A DNA stretch of 64,000 nt from an uncultured Clostridia bacterium (GTDB taxonomy: Bacteria > Bacillota > Clostridia > TANB77 > CAG-465). Shown piece after piece: positions 1-8,622 of this stretch. The DNA lies in NCBI GenBank assembly GCA_947627255.1, contig CANQVI010000002.1, forward strand, positions 64,047 to 128,046. The letters run 5' to 3'. A program made the translations under genes and the position numbers. The first letter of the stretch is position 1, and every line of letters starts with the position of its first letter. The notes beneath the pieces were generated by a model. That model did not search any database and was not told the DNA's origin. It worked only from the letters and a program-made list of their open reading frames with translations.

Positions 1-2
1 CA

Positions 3-155
3 AAAGTTGTAAAAAGAGCATGTATAACTAGACCTTATCAACCATCAAGAGGTGCTTATCCAGCTGACTGGGGATTTATGGCACCTACAGAGACATGTAC
101 TTCTTGTAGAAGTGGTGGAAACGTTTCTGTATACAAAAATGGTGTTCTTCAATAA
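3..155 (+). CDS. 3' end of an unidentified gene truncated by the window edge
   Basis: Frame 3 is open from the window edge to TAA at 153-155 (KVVKRACITRPYQPSRGAYPADWGFMAPTETCTSCRSGGNVSVYKNGVLQ*). A hairpin terminator follows. No family recognised. Confidence 0.35.
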   Translation, partial: KVVKRACITRPYQPSRGAYPADWGFMAPTETCTSCRSGGNVSVYKNGVLQ

Positions 156-168
156 AAAATAATATTAA

Positions 169-214
169 GTAGCTGCAAATTACACTATTATGTTGAATTT
201 ACAGCTACTTTTTC
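169..214 (+). terminator. Rho-independent terminator
   Basis: gtagctgcaaatt (169-181) pairs with aatttacagctac (196-208) at 12 of 13 positions, followed by a T-run. Confidence 0.7.
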
Positions 215-322
215 TTACTAATATTGAAGATGTGAATTTTTAGTGAAAAAGGAATATATATGTTGAAAAATGAGATGTTATCTGATAAAATTAATATTGA
301 CATTTAAAAGAGAGGGTAAAAA

Positions 323-1306
323 ATGAAAAAATTCTTAAAAAAACTAGCTAAAATATTAGCTGTTACAGTTTTTGAAATTGTATATATTTTAGGATTAGGT
401 ATATATTTAATCTATTATACAAATCTATTTACAACTACAAGAGATATGATTGTAACAACTGCTATGACAACTATGAGGCATCAATATTTTGCTACTTGGT
501 TTTTAAGTGATGAGAAAATTAATGAAATTTTAACTGCTAATAGAGTAATTAATAGCACAGAAGAACAAAGTTTAACAGATGTTGAAATAGCAAAGAAAGA
601 TAAAGATAATTCTGGCTCAAAAGAAGGAATTGAGTTAGTTAATGTAAGTACTGATACTTTCAAAGCATATCTTTTAATAATTGATGATCCTTCAAGAGTA
701 GAGTTAGTTACTTCTCCAGATGTTGGTATTGTTGGTTCAACAACTTCACAAATTGTTGAATATTACAATGCTATTGGGGGAATAAATGCAGGTGGCCTTG
801 CTGATGATGCTGCTGGAACTGGTGGAGAGCCAGATGGACTTGTTATAGTTAATGGTGAATATTATGGTAATGTGGATCCATATGCATATTATAGTATGTG
901 TGGCTTTACACAAGATAATGTATTATATGTATCTGATTCTATTTCTAAAGCATCTATAGACCAACTTAACCTTAGATGTGGTGTATCTTTTGGACCAGTA
1001 CTTATTGTTAATGGTATGCCAAGAATAGGTGGTAATGGTGGCGGTTGGGGATTTAACCCACGTACATGTATAGGACAAAGACAGGATGGAACTGTACTAT
1101 TTTTAGTTATTGATGGAAGACAAAAAGGTAGTTTTGGTGCAACACTAAAAAATGCACAAGATATACTACTAAATTATGGAGCATATAATGCATTTAACCT
1201 TGATGGTGGTGCGTCAACAACAATGGTATTTGACTCAGCAGTAATTAATAATCCTAGTGATTTAGCAGGTGAACGTTATGTTCCTACAGCTTTTATAATT
1301 AAATAA
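323..1306 (+). CDS. Phosphodiester glycosidase family protein (NAGPA/DUF2233-like), N-terminal membrane anchor
   Basis: The C-terminal half carries GPVLIVNG, PRTCIGQRQDGTVLFLVIDGRQ and AFNLDGGASTTMVF, typical of this family. AGGG SD precedes the ATG. Confidence 0.7.
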   Translation: MKKFLKKLAKILAVTVFEIVYILGLGIYLIYYTNLFTTTRDMIVTTAMTTMRHQYFATWFLSDEKINEILTANRVINSTEEQSLTDVEIAKKDKDNSGSKEGIELVNVSTDTFKAYLLIIDDPSRVELVTSPDVGIVGSTTSQIVEYYNAIGGINAGGLADDAAGTGGEPDGLVIVNGEYYGNVDPYAYYSMCGFTQDNVLYVSDSISKASIDQLNLRCGVSFGPVLIVNGMPRIGGNGGGWGFNPRTCIGQRQDGTVLFLVIDGRQKGSFGATLKNAQDILLNYGAYNAFNLDGGASTTMVFDSAVINNPSDLAGERYVPTAFIIK

Positions 1307-1334
1307 TTATTGATATGAGAAAAGGGGAAAAAGA

Positions 1335-2390
1335 ATGAAAAAGGTTTTTATAACTTTAATAGTTTGCATTGCAGTAGGAACAGGACTTACATTTGGAATT
1401 TTAGGTGCAGTAAATAGGTATTTATATAAAATTAGTCAATCAAGCTATCTAGAAATAAATACATACAGAACAAGTAATCAAGCTGAAATAAAAAGTACTG
1501 ATATGATATCTGTTCCAGATAATGCAGATTTATTACAATTTGCGTATAATAATAAATATTATGCATATTTAGAAGACGGAAGCATACATATATATACAAC
1601 AGAAGATAAGAAAGAATATGATATTGTAACAGAAGAAAATCCAATTTGCTATTATTATATGTTATATGATAAAAATTTAATTGTATATTTCATTGAAGAT
1701 ACTTATGGCTCAAACACAACTTTAACAATAAAATCATATGAAATAACAACTAAAAAGAAGACAGTTTTTGATGATAATGATATATATGTTAGCAATTTTA
1801 AAAGAGTAAAGGATATAACATTCTCACCACTTGTTAATATATTCTATGTAAATATTGTAACAGGAAACACAAATTCAATTTATAGAATAGACTTATTTAA
1901 TTCTATATCTAGAGTAAAATCTGGAAGTATATATGACAAAATTAGAATGTTCCAACACAATGATAGATTATATTATGAAGATACAGCTGGTGGAGTATAT
2001 TCATCTTATGGTGGTTCTGTAAATTCAATGTTTAATTATACAGATTTAGAGCTTATTGGTATTGATTCAAAACTCGCAAGTAAAGATGATTACGAAAAAT
2101 TATACTTATTAGATACTAAGACTAATGATAGAGTATATGTAGTAGCAGGTGGTGAATTAATAGATACTATTATGCTAAGTGATACTGATGTAGTAGCTTC
2201 ATATAACGAGTATAATGATGTTTATTTAATATATCCAACATATATTTTAAATTTAACTGGTAAAAACCCATATAAGAGAGTTGCAAAACTTTCAAAATAT
2301 GTAAGTTTTGAAGCTATTAAAGGCGATACAGTATATTTAAGAACATCTAATAATAAAATTATAACAACAACATTATTAAAGAATGATTAA
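1335..2390 (+). CDS. Hypothetical membrane-anchored protein
   Basis: Long ORF with GGGGA SD and an N-terminal TM helix (VFITLIVCIAVGTGLTFGILGAV). No recognisable motif. Confidence 0.5.
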   Translation: MKKVFITLIVCIAVGTGLTFGILGAVNRYLYKISQSSYLEINTYRTSNQAEIKSTDMISVPDNADLLQFAYNNKYYAYLEDGSIHIYTTEDKKEYDIVTEENPICYYYMLYDKNLIVYFIEDTYGSNTTLTIKSYEITTKKKTVFDDNDIYVSNFKRVKDITFSPLVNIFYVNIVTGNTNSIYRIDLFNSISRVKSGSIYDKIRMFQHNDRLYYEDTAGGVYSSYGGSVNSMFNYTDLELIGIDSKLASKDDYEKLYLLDTKTNDRVYVVAGGELIDTIMLSDTDVVASYNEYNDVYLIYPTYILNLTGKNPYKRVAKLSKYVSFEAIKGDTVYLRTSNNKIITTTLLKND

Positions 2391-2404
2391 AGAAAGGTAG
2401 AATT

Positions 2405-3088
2405 ATGGAAAAGACAAAGAAACTATATATTATAACAGCTATATTACTAATAGTATCAATAGCATATATCATTTTAGTTAAGACTGTAGATGTGCAATCT
2501 ATAGGACCTGTAAATCCAGAAACAGGTATAAAATCTGAGGTAGGTTTTGCTACAGTAAATAATTCTTTTAAAGATTTAGTAGGAGAAAGCGATACTTGGT
2601 ATAAAATTACTAAATACTCTGGCTATGTTGCGTTATTACTTGCAGCTGGATATGGTGTATATGGATTTTTACAATTATTAAAAAATAAAAGTATATTTAA
2701 AGTAGATAAAAGAATATTAGCTCTTGGAGCATTTTATGTAGTTGTAATTGCAATATATGTTTTATTTGAAATATTTATTGTAAATTATAGACCTGTACTT
2801 GAGGAAAGTGGAGAATTAGAAGCATCATTTCCATCATCACATACAGTTCTTGCAATATGTGTATGTGGAAGTTCGATGATGGTAAGTAAATATTTTGTAA
2901 AAAATAAAAAAGTAAAATTTGTAATGGATGCTTTTGCAGGAATACTTTTAGTTGTAACACTTGGAGGAAGATTAATTTCTGGTGTTCATTGGCTAAGTGA
3001 TATTATTGGCGGAATAATAATATCTGCATGTTTACTAACAGCATTCTCTGCAGTAATAAATACTATAGATTATAAAGAGAAAGAATAA
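2405..3088 (+). CDS. PAP2-family phosphatase (membrane)
   Basis: Multiple TM helices plus PAP2 motifs SFPSSHT and GGRLISGVHWLSDIIGG. Confidence 0.7.
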   Translation: MEKTKKLYIITAILLIVSIAYIILVKTVDVQSIGPVNPETGIKSEVGFATVNNSFKDLVGESDTWYKITKYSGYVALLLAAGYGVYGFLQLLKNKSIFKVDKRILALGAFYVVVIAIYVLFEIFIVNYRPVLEESGELEASFPSSHTVLAICVCGSSMMVSKYFVKNKKVKFVMDAFAGILLVVTLGGRLISGVHWLSDIIGGIIISACLLTAFSAVINTIDYKEKE

Positions 3089-3103
3089 ATTGAAATAAAA
3101 AAT

Positions 3104-3137
3104 AATAAAGAACTATAAAGCTCTTTATTATTTTTTT
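3104..3137 (+). terminator. Rho-independent terminator
   Basis: aataaaga (3104-3111) pairs with tctttatt (3122-3129), followed by a T7 run. Confidence 0.55.
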
Positions 3138-3170
3138 CTTTTTGTATATAATTTTAATAGAGGTATTTAT

Positions 3171-4169
3171 ATGATAATATATGAAGAAGTAAAGAAAAAT
3201 ACGATTGTATCAATTTTTTCTAAGCAGAAAGATATATTAGATGAAGTAGTAGATAAATTAGAAAATGATGAATTTAATGTAAAAAAATATGATGATATAG
3301 AAAAACTAAAAGAAAGTATAATAGAAAAAAAAGCAAGAATAATTGTATTTTTAGATTATGATTTAGAAAACATTAAACATATTAAAGAATTAGATAACAC
3401 ATTAATGATAATTTTATATGTAGAAACTGTAACTAAAGCTATATATAAAGAAGTAAAGAAACTAGATATACAAAATGTAGTAGATTTAGATAGATTAGAT
3501 GATGAAATTATGTATTCATTAAGAATTATTTCTCAAGAAGAAAATATAGATTTTGAGAAATTTAAACTTGATATAGTAGGAAATCTAGTAGAAACTATTT
3601 CACATCAAATACAAGCTAATTTACTACTGATAGGTGCAAGTTTAGATGTAATAAAGATGCTTACATATGATGATAAAATTTCTAATAATTCTGAAAAGAA
3701 AGATGTAATGGAAAATTTATATAGTAAGAATAACACATCATTACAAAAAGCAAATATGCTTTTACAACTTATGTCAGATGCTACAAATATTTCTAGTGAG
3801 TCTATTATGAAGTATGACGACATATTAGACATTATAAAATTAATATTAGATGAATTTATAAAAGAAAATAATGCAAATCTTGTTGTTACTAAAAAAATTA
3901 AAGAGGCAACGTATATATGTGGCCCATTAAATGATGTTATTTTTATAATATGCAAATTAATAAAAATACTGGTTGAAATGAATATAAATAAGATTGAATT
4001 AGTAATAAGAGAAGATGAATTTAATTGGTATTTTGAAATAAAAAATCAAGAATATGTAATTGAGCGAGAAAAAATAAATACAATTATCAAATATATTACA
4101 TATGTTAAAAATGTAAAATCTAAAATTATAGACAAAAAGATAATAATTGAAATAAAAAAAGTTAGATAA
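3171..4169 (+). CDS. Hypothetical protein with receiver-like N-terminus and a Spo0B/DHp-like His motif, no ATP-binding boxes
   Basis: 332-aa ORF. N-terminal about 110 aa has an alternating beta/alpha pattern with IIVFLDYDL. The centre has VETISHQIQANLLLIGASLDV, resembling an H-box. I saw no N/G1/G2 boxes. Confidence 0.45.
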   Translation: MIIYEEVKKNTIVSIFSKQKDILDEVVDKLENDEFNVKKYDDIEKLKESIIEKKARIIVFLDYDLENIKHIKELDNTLMIILYVETVTKAIYKEVKKLDIQNVVDLDRLDDEIMYSLRIISQEENIDFEKFKLDIVGNLVETISHQIQANLLLIGASLDVIKMLTYDDKISNNSEKKDVMENLYSKNNTSLQKANMLLQLMSDATNISSESIMKYDDILDIIKLILDEFIKENNANLVVTKKIKEATYICGPLNDVIFIICKLIKILVEMNINKIELVIREDEFNWYFEIKNQEYVIEREKINTIIKYITYVKNVKSKIIDKKIIIEIKKVR

Positions 4170-4170
4170 A

Positions 4171-4209
4171 ATAGATTCTGAAAATTAACTCAGAATCTAT
4201 TTTTATTTT
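4171..4209 (+). terminator. Rho-independent terminator
   Basis: Perfect 10-bp stem atagattctg / cagaatctat followed by ttttatttt. Confidence 0.8.
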
Positions 4210-4242
4210 ACATAATATTTTAATCAAAATATTACAAAAGTA

Positions 4243-4271
4243 TTGCAAACTTAAATACTCTGTGCTATAAT
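4243..4271 (+). promoter_or_regulatory. Sigma-A type promoter (extended -10)
   Basis: TTGCAA (4243-4248), 17-nt spacer containing TG, TATAAT (4266-4271). Confidence 0.6.
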
Positions 4272-4357
4272 ATCTATGTATCGAAAAATTTCATAGAAAA
4301 GGCAAACTTGCCTATGCAGTTGATAGCGATGATTATTTGCTATAAAGTTTACGTAAA

Positions 4358-5728
4358 TTGCATGACAAAATGCCGAAAAAAGCAGCTCTGATTTCGATCA
4401 ATAATATTATTATGAAAGGATGGATGGTTATGGGAAAAGAATATACCATGACAAGAAGAGCGTTATCTAACATTTGTACTGGTCTTGGTACAATAGGAAT
4501 TTATCTATTATTTAAAAATTTCTGGATAACTGCTCTAATGCTAGCCGCATTTTCTTACGTCTTTGTTGTTTTATTTGCAAGATACAAGTACACTGTAAGG
4601 TATAAAGCCCTTTTAGTTGTATTAGTGCTAGTACTATTTGGTTTATTAATGTTTTTCTGCTCTCCTAAAAAAGAGTACAATAACAACAATAATGAACCTG
4701 GTATCGTACAGCAAGAACCAACAGACGAGGACAAGGCGGATGATGATGCACAAGACCAAACTGACGATCAAACCGTCAATGTAGGCACAACTGGACACTC
4801 AGGAGGTAAAAATTGGACACACGACTCACTTCCAGATAAGATGGAAGGTACATTCTCAAATGTAGGTGGAGTTTCTTCTAACGATACTGGCGTAACAAAG
4901 CCACAAAGTAAAGTTGAGGGAAGTACAAACACCAAATTTGAGGATAAGACTCAAGCTAGTGATGACGAACTAAAGGCAGCCGATGAAGCTAAGAAAAATG
5001 GCGACAAGATGACTGACCTTAACGAGGGCGTTATTGCTGGAACCAACACGAAACCTCAGCCAAGCACCGAACCCGAAAAACCAAAGGACGAATCTACTAG
5101 AGTTGATCCTAGTAAAGAGAAAGTTGAGGAAGTAACGCAAACTCAACCGGAACAGAAAAAGGAAGAAATTCCTATACAGGATCAAGTTCAAAACCTAGAT
5201 GATGATGCCTTAGCAAATCTTGACAAACAAACATCAAAGGAGGATGGTTCTCAAGGTGGTAAGAAAGAGGAAGACAACACTGTGACTACTACTAAACCTG
5301 AAGAGAATAAGGGGGAGCAAGAAAAGGACAATCAAGAACTTCAGGAAGACAAAAACACTCAAACTGACGACAATACAACTAGCAAGCCAGAAGTCGAGGA
5401 AAGTAAGCCTAGCGAGAGCACACCAAGTGATACAGTGACTGAACCTAAAGAACCTGAAAAGGTTGAGCCTGTAAAGACTCCAGTTACAATAACTTCGCTT
5501 GATGGTGATAGTGCTTATGCCGGAGACACTTTACAATTTAGAACAACTGGCGATGTAAAGAGTGTTGAGGGGTTGGATGGTTTAAAGTACTCTTTTGTTG
5601 ATGGAGTATTGACTGTATATACAAACCCTGGAGAAGCTACTGTTATATCTCCACAAGTTGTAGGAGCAGATGGTACTAGCACAGCTACAACATCTGTAAC
5701 AATAAGCGTTATAAATGCAGCTTCCTAA
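4358..5728 (+). CDS. Membrane protein with a long acidic/Lys/Thr/Pro-rich disordered region and a C-terminal Ig-like beta domain; atypically G+C-rich
   Basis: The likely true start is ATG 4430, 7 nt after GAAAGGATGG. Three TM helices are followed by about 330 aa of low complexity (EPEKPKDES, KPEVEESKPSESTPSD), then TPVTITSLDGD...VTISVINAAS. Confidence 0.7.
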   Translation: MHDKMPKKAALISINNIIMKGWMVMGKEYTMTRRALSNICTGLGTIGIYLLFKNFWITALMLAAFSYVFVVLFARYKYTVRYKALLVVLVLVLFGLLMFFCSPKKEYNNNNNEPGIVQQEPTDEDKADDDAQDQTDDQTVNVGTTGHSGGKNWTHDSLPDKMEGTFSNVGGVSSNDTGVTKPQSKVEGSTNTKFEDKTQASDDELKAADEAKKNGDKMTDLNEGVIAGTNTKPQPSTEPEKPKDESTRVDPSKEKVEEVTQTQPEQKKEEIPIQDQVQNLDDDALANLDKQTSKEDGSQGGKKEEDNTVTTTKPEENKGEQEKDNQELQEDKNTQTDDNTTSKPEVEESKPSESTPSDTVTEPKEPEKVEPVKTPVTITSLDGDSAYAGDTLQFRTTGDVKSVEGLDGLKYSFVDGVLTVYTNPGEATVISPQVVGADGTSTATTSVTISVINAAS

Positions 5729-6059
5729 GCTAGAGATGCAAAGAAGATTGCATACGCTTTGTTAATATAATGTCGGAATCAACTACCAAGAGAATCTTAT
5801 TGACATGGATATTTCTTGTGTAATGCTAATTTGGTATTTCGTATATCGATAAAAAAGTGGTTTGAATTATACTTAATAGTATAATATAATATTGTCGATA
5901 TATGACGTTTCCTATGCTACACCTATAATAATTTAAGGTGAAAATATTTTGTTAGCGACTTAAGTACGCAAAACAAGACATACAGACACGTCATTAAAAA
6001 TGACTAGCACTGTGTGTAAAAAAGATAGGTATATGGATTTGTTCTAAAAACTTGCACAA

Positions 6060-6091
6060 GAGAATTTCATTAAAATGAGATTCTTTTTTTT
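6060..6091 (+). terminator. Rho-independent terminator closing the G+C-rich island
   Basis: agaatttcat / atgagattct stem with one wobble, then a T8 run. It lies 330 nt after the stop of the 4358-5728 gene. Confidence 0.65.
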
Positions 6092-6127
6092 GCCCAAAAA
6101 AATAGATATACCATAAGTATATCTATT
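6092..6127 (-). terminator. Rho-independent terminator of the Smr gene
   Basis: Perfect 11-bp stem aatagatatac / gtatatctatt overlapping the stop codon. A T-run follows on the minus strand. Confidence 0.75.
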
Positions 6128-6560
6128 TTAAAAATGCTATTGTCACACCATAGCTTCCTTCATAGTATCCACCAAGTCTATGTTCTTTCACATATGGGGA
6201 ATTATCTAAATATTTATGTACTTCACGTCTTAAAATACCACCATTTTTTCCATGTATTATTTTAATTATCTTCACATTATTGCATATCGCATTATCTATG
6301 AATTTTTCTAAATTTTCTAATGCTTCATCAACTGTTTGATGTCTTATCATAATTTCATCTATTGGTGGAGAAGACAAGTTTAGCTTTACAGTAAATTTAT
6401 TATTATTAATATTATCATCACTACTTTTTTCTATATTTTCAATTCTAGATTTTACATATTTATCGTTTGCTAGAATTGTTATATATTGATTATTGATAGC
6501 TGTAATATATCCTTTTATATTTTGGTTTTTTATTTTTACAAATTCACCAATTTTATACAT
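6123..6560 (-). CDS. Smr domain protein (MutS2 C-terminal-like small nuclease)
   Basis: The C-terminal half has IIHGKNGGILRREVHKYL, the Smr signature. GGAGGG SD. Confidence 0.75.
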   Translation of the reverse strand: MYKIGEFVKIKNQNIKGYITAINNQYITILANDKYVKSRIENIEKSSDDNINNNKFTVKLNLSSPPIDEIMIRHQTVDEALENLEKFIDNAICNNVKIIKIIHGKNGGILRREVHKYLDNSPYVKEHRLGGYYEGSYGVTIAFLK

Positions 6561-6722
6561 ATTACCCTCCTAGATAACGAGAATAATTATATCACATATA
6601 CAGTTCAAATTAAATAATTTTTTAGTAAATTCTTTTATTTGGGAGTATTTAAAATTATAAATATATATTGAATATGGACATTTTTTTTGATATAATTTAT
6701 AAGCAAACAGAAAGGAATTTGT

Positions 6723-8528
6723 ATGGCAAATAAAGAAAATATAAGAAATTTTAGTATTATAGCACATATTGATCATGGAAAGTCAACACTTGCTGATAGA
6801 TTATTACAACTTACAGGCTCTGTTGATGATAGAAAAATGCAAGAACAGCTATTAGATAATATGGATATTGAAAGAGAAAGAGGAATAACTATTAAATCTC
6901 AAGCTGTTAGAATGAAATATGTTGCAAAGGATAATAAAGAATATATATTGAATCTTATTGATACACCAGGACATGTAGATTTTAATTATGAAGTATCTCG
7001 TAGTTTAGCTGCATGTGAAGGAGCGGTATTAGTAGTAGATGCAGCTCAAGGAGTTGAAGCACAAACACTTGCTAATGTATATTTAGCATTAGATAATGAC
7101 TTAGAAATATTACCAGTTATTAATAAGATTGACTTGCCTAATGCAAGAATAGATGAGGTAAAAAAAGAGATTGAAGAATTAATTGGTCTTGATACTGACG
7201 GAATACCTTGTATATCTGCAAAAACTGGTTTAAATGTTGAAGAAGTATTAGAACAAATAGTAAAGAAAATTCCTGCTCCTGAAGGAGATGAAAATGCACC
7301 TACAAAATGTCTAATTTTTGATTCAATCTATGATAACTATGAAGGTGCTATTGCATTTGTAAGAGTAATGGATGGAACAGTAAGACGTGGAGATAAAATT
7401 ATTACTATGTCTAATAATAAAGAATATGATGTAGTAAATATTGGATATTTTAAACCAGGTGGATATGTAAAAGCAGATGAGCTTAGTGCTGGAGAAGTTG
7501 GATTTATTGCTGCAAGTATAAAAAATCTTTCAGATATTCGTGTAGGTGATACTATTACAACTGTAAATAATAAAGCAGAAGAAGCATTATTAGGATATAA
7601 AGAAGTAAAATCTATGGTATATTCTGGTATATTTCCAGCTGACGGCTCAGACTATGAAGAATTAAAGGAAGCTATTAATAAATTAAAGTTAAATGATGCT
7701 TCACTTCAATATGAACTTGAATCATCATCTGCTTTAGGACACGGATTTAGATGTGGCTTTTTAGGTCTTTTACATATGGAAATAATAGTTGAAAGACTAG
7801 AAAGAGAATATAATTTAGATATAATTACTACAGCACCTTCTGTTATATATAAAGTATATAAAACTAATGGTGAAGTTATAGAATTATATAATCCTTCAGA
7901 TTTGCCTTCACCACAAGAAATTAGTTATATAGAAGAACCAATAGCATATACAGAAATAATTACTCCAAAAGAATATGTTGGAAATGTAATGGAGCTATGC
8001 CAGCAAAGACGAGGAGAATTTATCAATATGAGATATATTGATGAAAAACGTGTAATGCTAGAATATAATATGCCATTAAATGAAATAATATATGATTTCT
8101 TTAATAGTTTAAAATCTAGAACTAGAGGATATGCTTCTTTTGATTATGATGTAAGAAATTATAAAAAATCTAATTTAGTTAAATTGGATATTCTTTTAAA
8201 TGGACAAATTGTTGATGCTTTATCATTTATTGTTAATAGACAAAACGCTGAAACAAGAGGAAGAAAAATGACTGAAAAGCTAAAAGAAATTATACCAAGA
8301 CAATTATTTGAAGTGCCAATACAGGCAGCTATAGGTGGTAAAGTAATTGCACGTGAAACAGTTAAAGCAATGAGAAAAGATGTACTTGCCAAATGTTATG
8401 GTGGTGATATTACAAGAAAGAAAAAACTACTTGAAAAGCAAAAAGAAGGTAAAAAGAGAATGAGAAGAGTAGGAAATGTAGAGTTGCCACAAGATGCATT
8501 TATAACTGTATTAAAGATTGATGAATAA
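6723..8528 (+). CDS. lepA: Translation elongation factor 4 (LepA)
   Basis: [28 protein letters not shown] and NKIDL GTPase motifs, plus the LepA-specific C-terminus [25 protein letters not shown]. 601 aa. Confidence 0.97.
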   Translation: MANKENIRNFSIIAHIDHGKSTLADRLLQLTGSVDDRKMQEQLLDNMDIERERGITIKSQAVRMKYVAKDNKEYILNLIDTPGHVDFNYEVSRSLAACEGAVLVVDAAQGVEAQTLANVYLALDNDLEILPVINKIDLPNARIDEVKKEIEELIGLDTDGIPCISAKTGLNVEEVLEQIVKKIPAPEGDENAPTKCLIFDSIYDNYEGAIAFVRVMDGTVRRGDKIITMSNNKEYDVVNIGYFKPGGYVKADELSAGEVGFIAASIKNLSDIRVGDTITTVNNKAEEALLGYKEVKSMVYSGIFPADGSDYEELKEAINKLKLNDASLQYELESSSALGHGFRCGFLGLLHMEIIVERLEREYNLDIITTAPSVIYKVYKTNGEVIELYNPSDLPSPQEISYIEEPIAYTEIITPKEYVGNVMELCQQRRGEFINMRYIDEKRVMLEYNMPLNEIIYDFFNSLKSRTRGYASFDYDVRNYKKSNLVKLDILLNGQIVDALSFIVNRQNAETRGRKMTEKLKEIIPRQLFEVPIQAAIGGKVIARETVKAMRKDVLAKCYGGDITRKKKLLEKQKEGKKRMRRVGNVELPQDAFITVLKIDE

Positions 8529-8529
8529 A

Positions 8530-8561
8530 TAGGGTATTTTTTGAAAAATACTCTATTTTTT
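8530..8561 (+). terminator. Rho-independent terminator of lepA
   Basis: tagggtatttt / aaaatactcta stem with one wobble, then a T-run. Confidence 0.7.
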
Positions 8562-8573
8562 ATGTAAAATGTG

Positions 8574-8600
8574 TTGAAAAAAGTTTTTTTTTGTTATACA
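8574..8600 (+). promoter_or_regulatory. Candidate promoter with a T9 tract in the spacer
   Basis: TTGAAA (8574-8579), then a 15-nt spacer containing T9 (8584-8592), then TG-t-TATACA (8592-8600). Confidence 0.4.
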
Positions 8601-8622
8601 ATTTTTTTGAAGAGGTTGTATT

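Noticed and set aside
186-200. tattatgttgaat resembles the XerD arm of E. coli dif (TTATGTTAAAT).
   Set aside because: It forms the loop and right arm of the terminator hairpin at 169-214, and there is no matching XerC arm.
3605-3955. Other long antisense or overlapping ORFs in the track (for example 3605-3955, 13959-14354, 39015-39413, 39839-40255, 45532-45810, 46101-46463, 55715-56176).
   Set aside because: All lie fully inside better-supported genes on the opposite strand, lack SD sequences, and have the low-complexity Ser/Ile/Phe-rich composition expected from reading AT-rich codons in reverse.
6570-6776. 68-codon minus-strand ORF spanning the lepA promoter region and start.
   Set aside because: It overlaps the lepA 5' end and upstream region, has no SD, and gives an implausible peptide. 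It is most likely a chance ORF.
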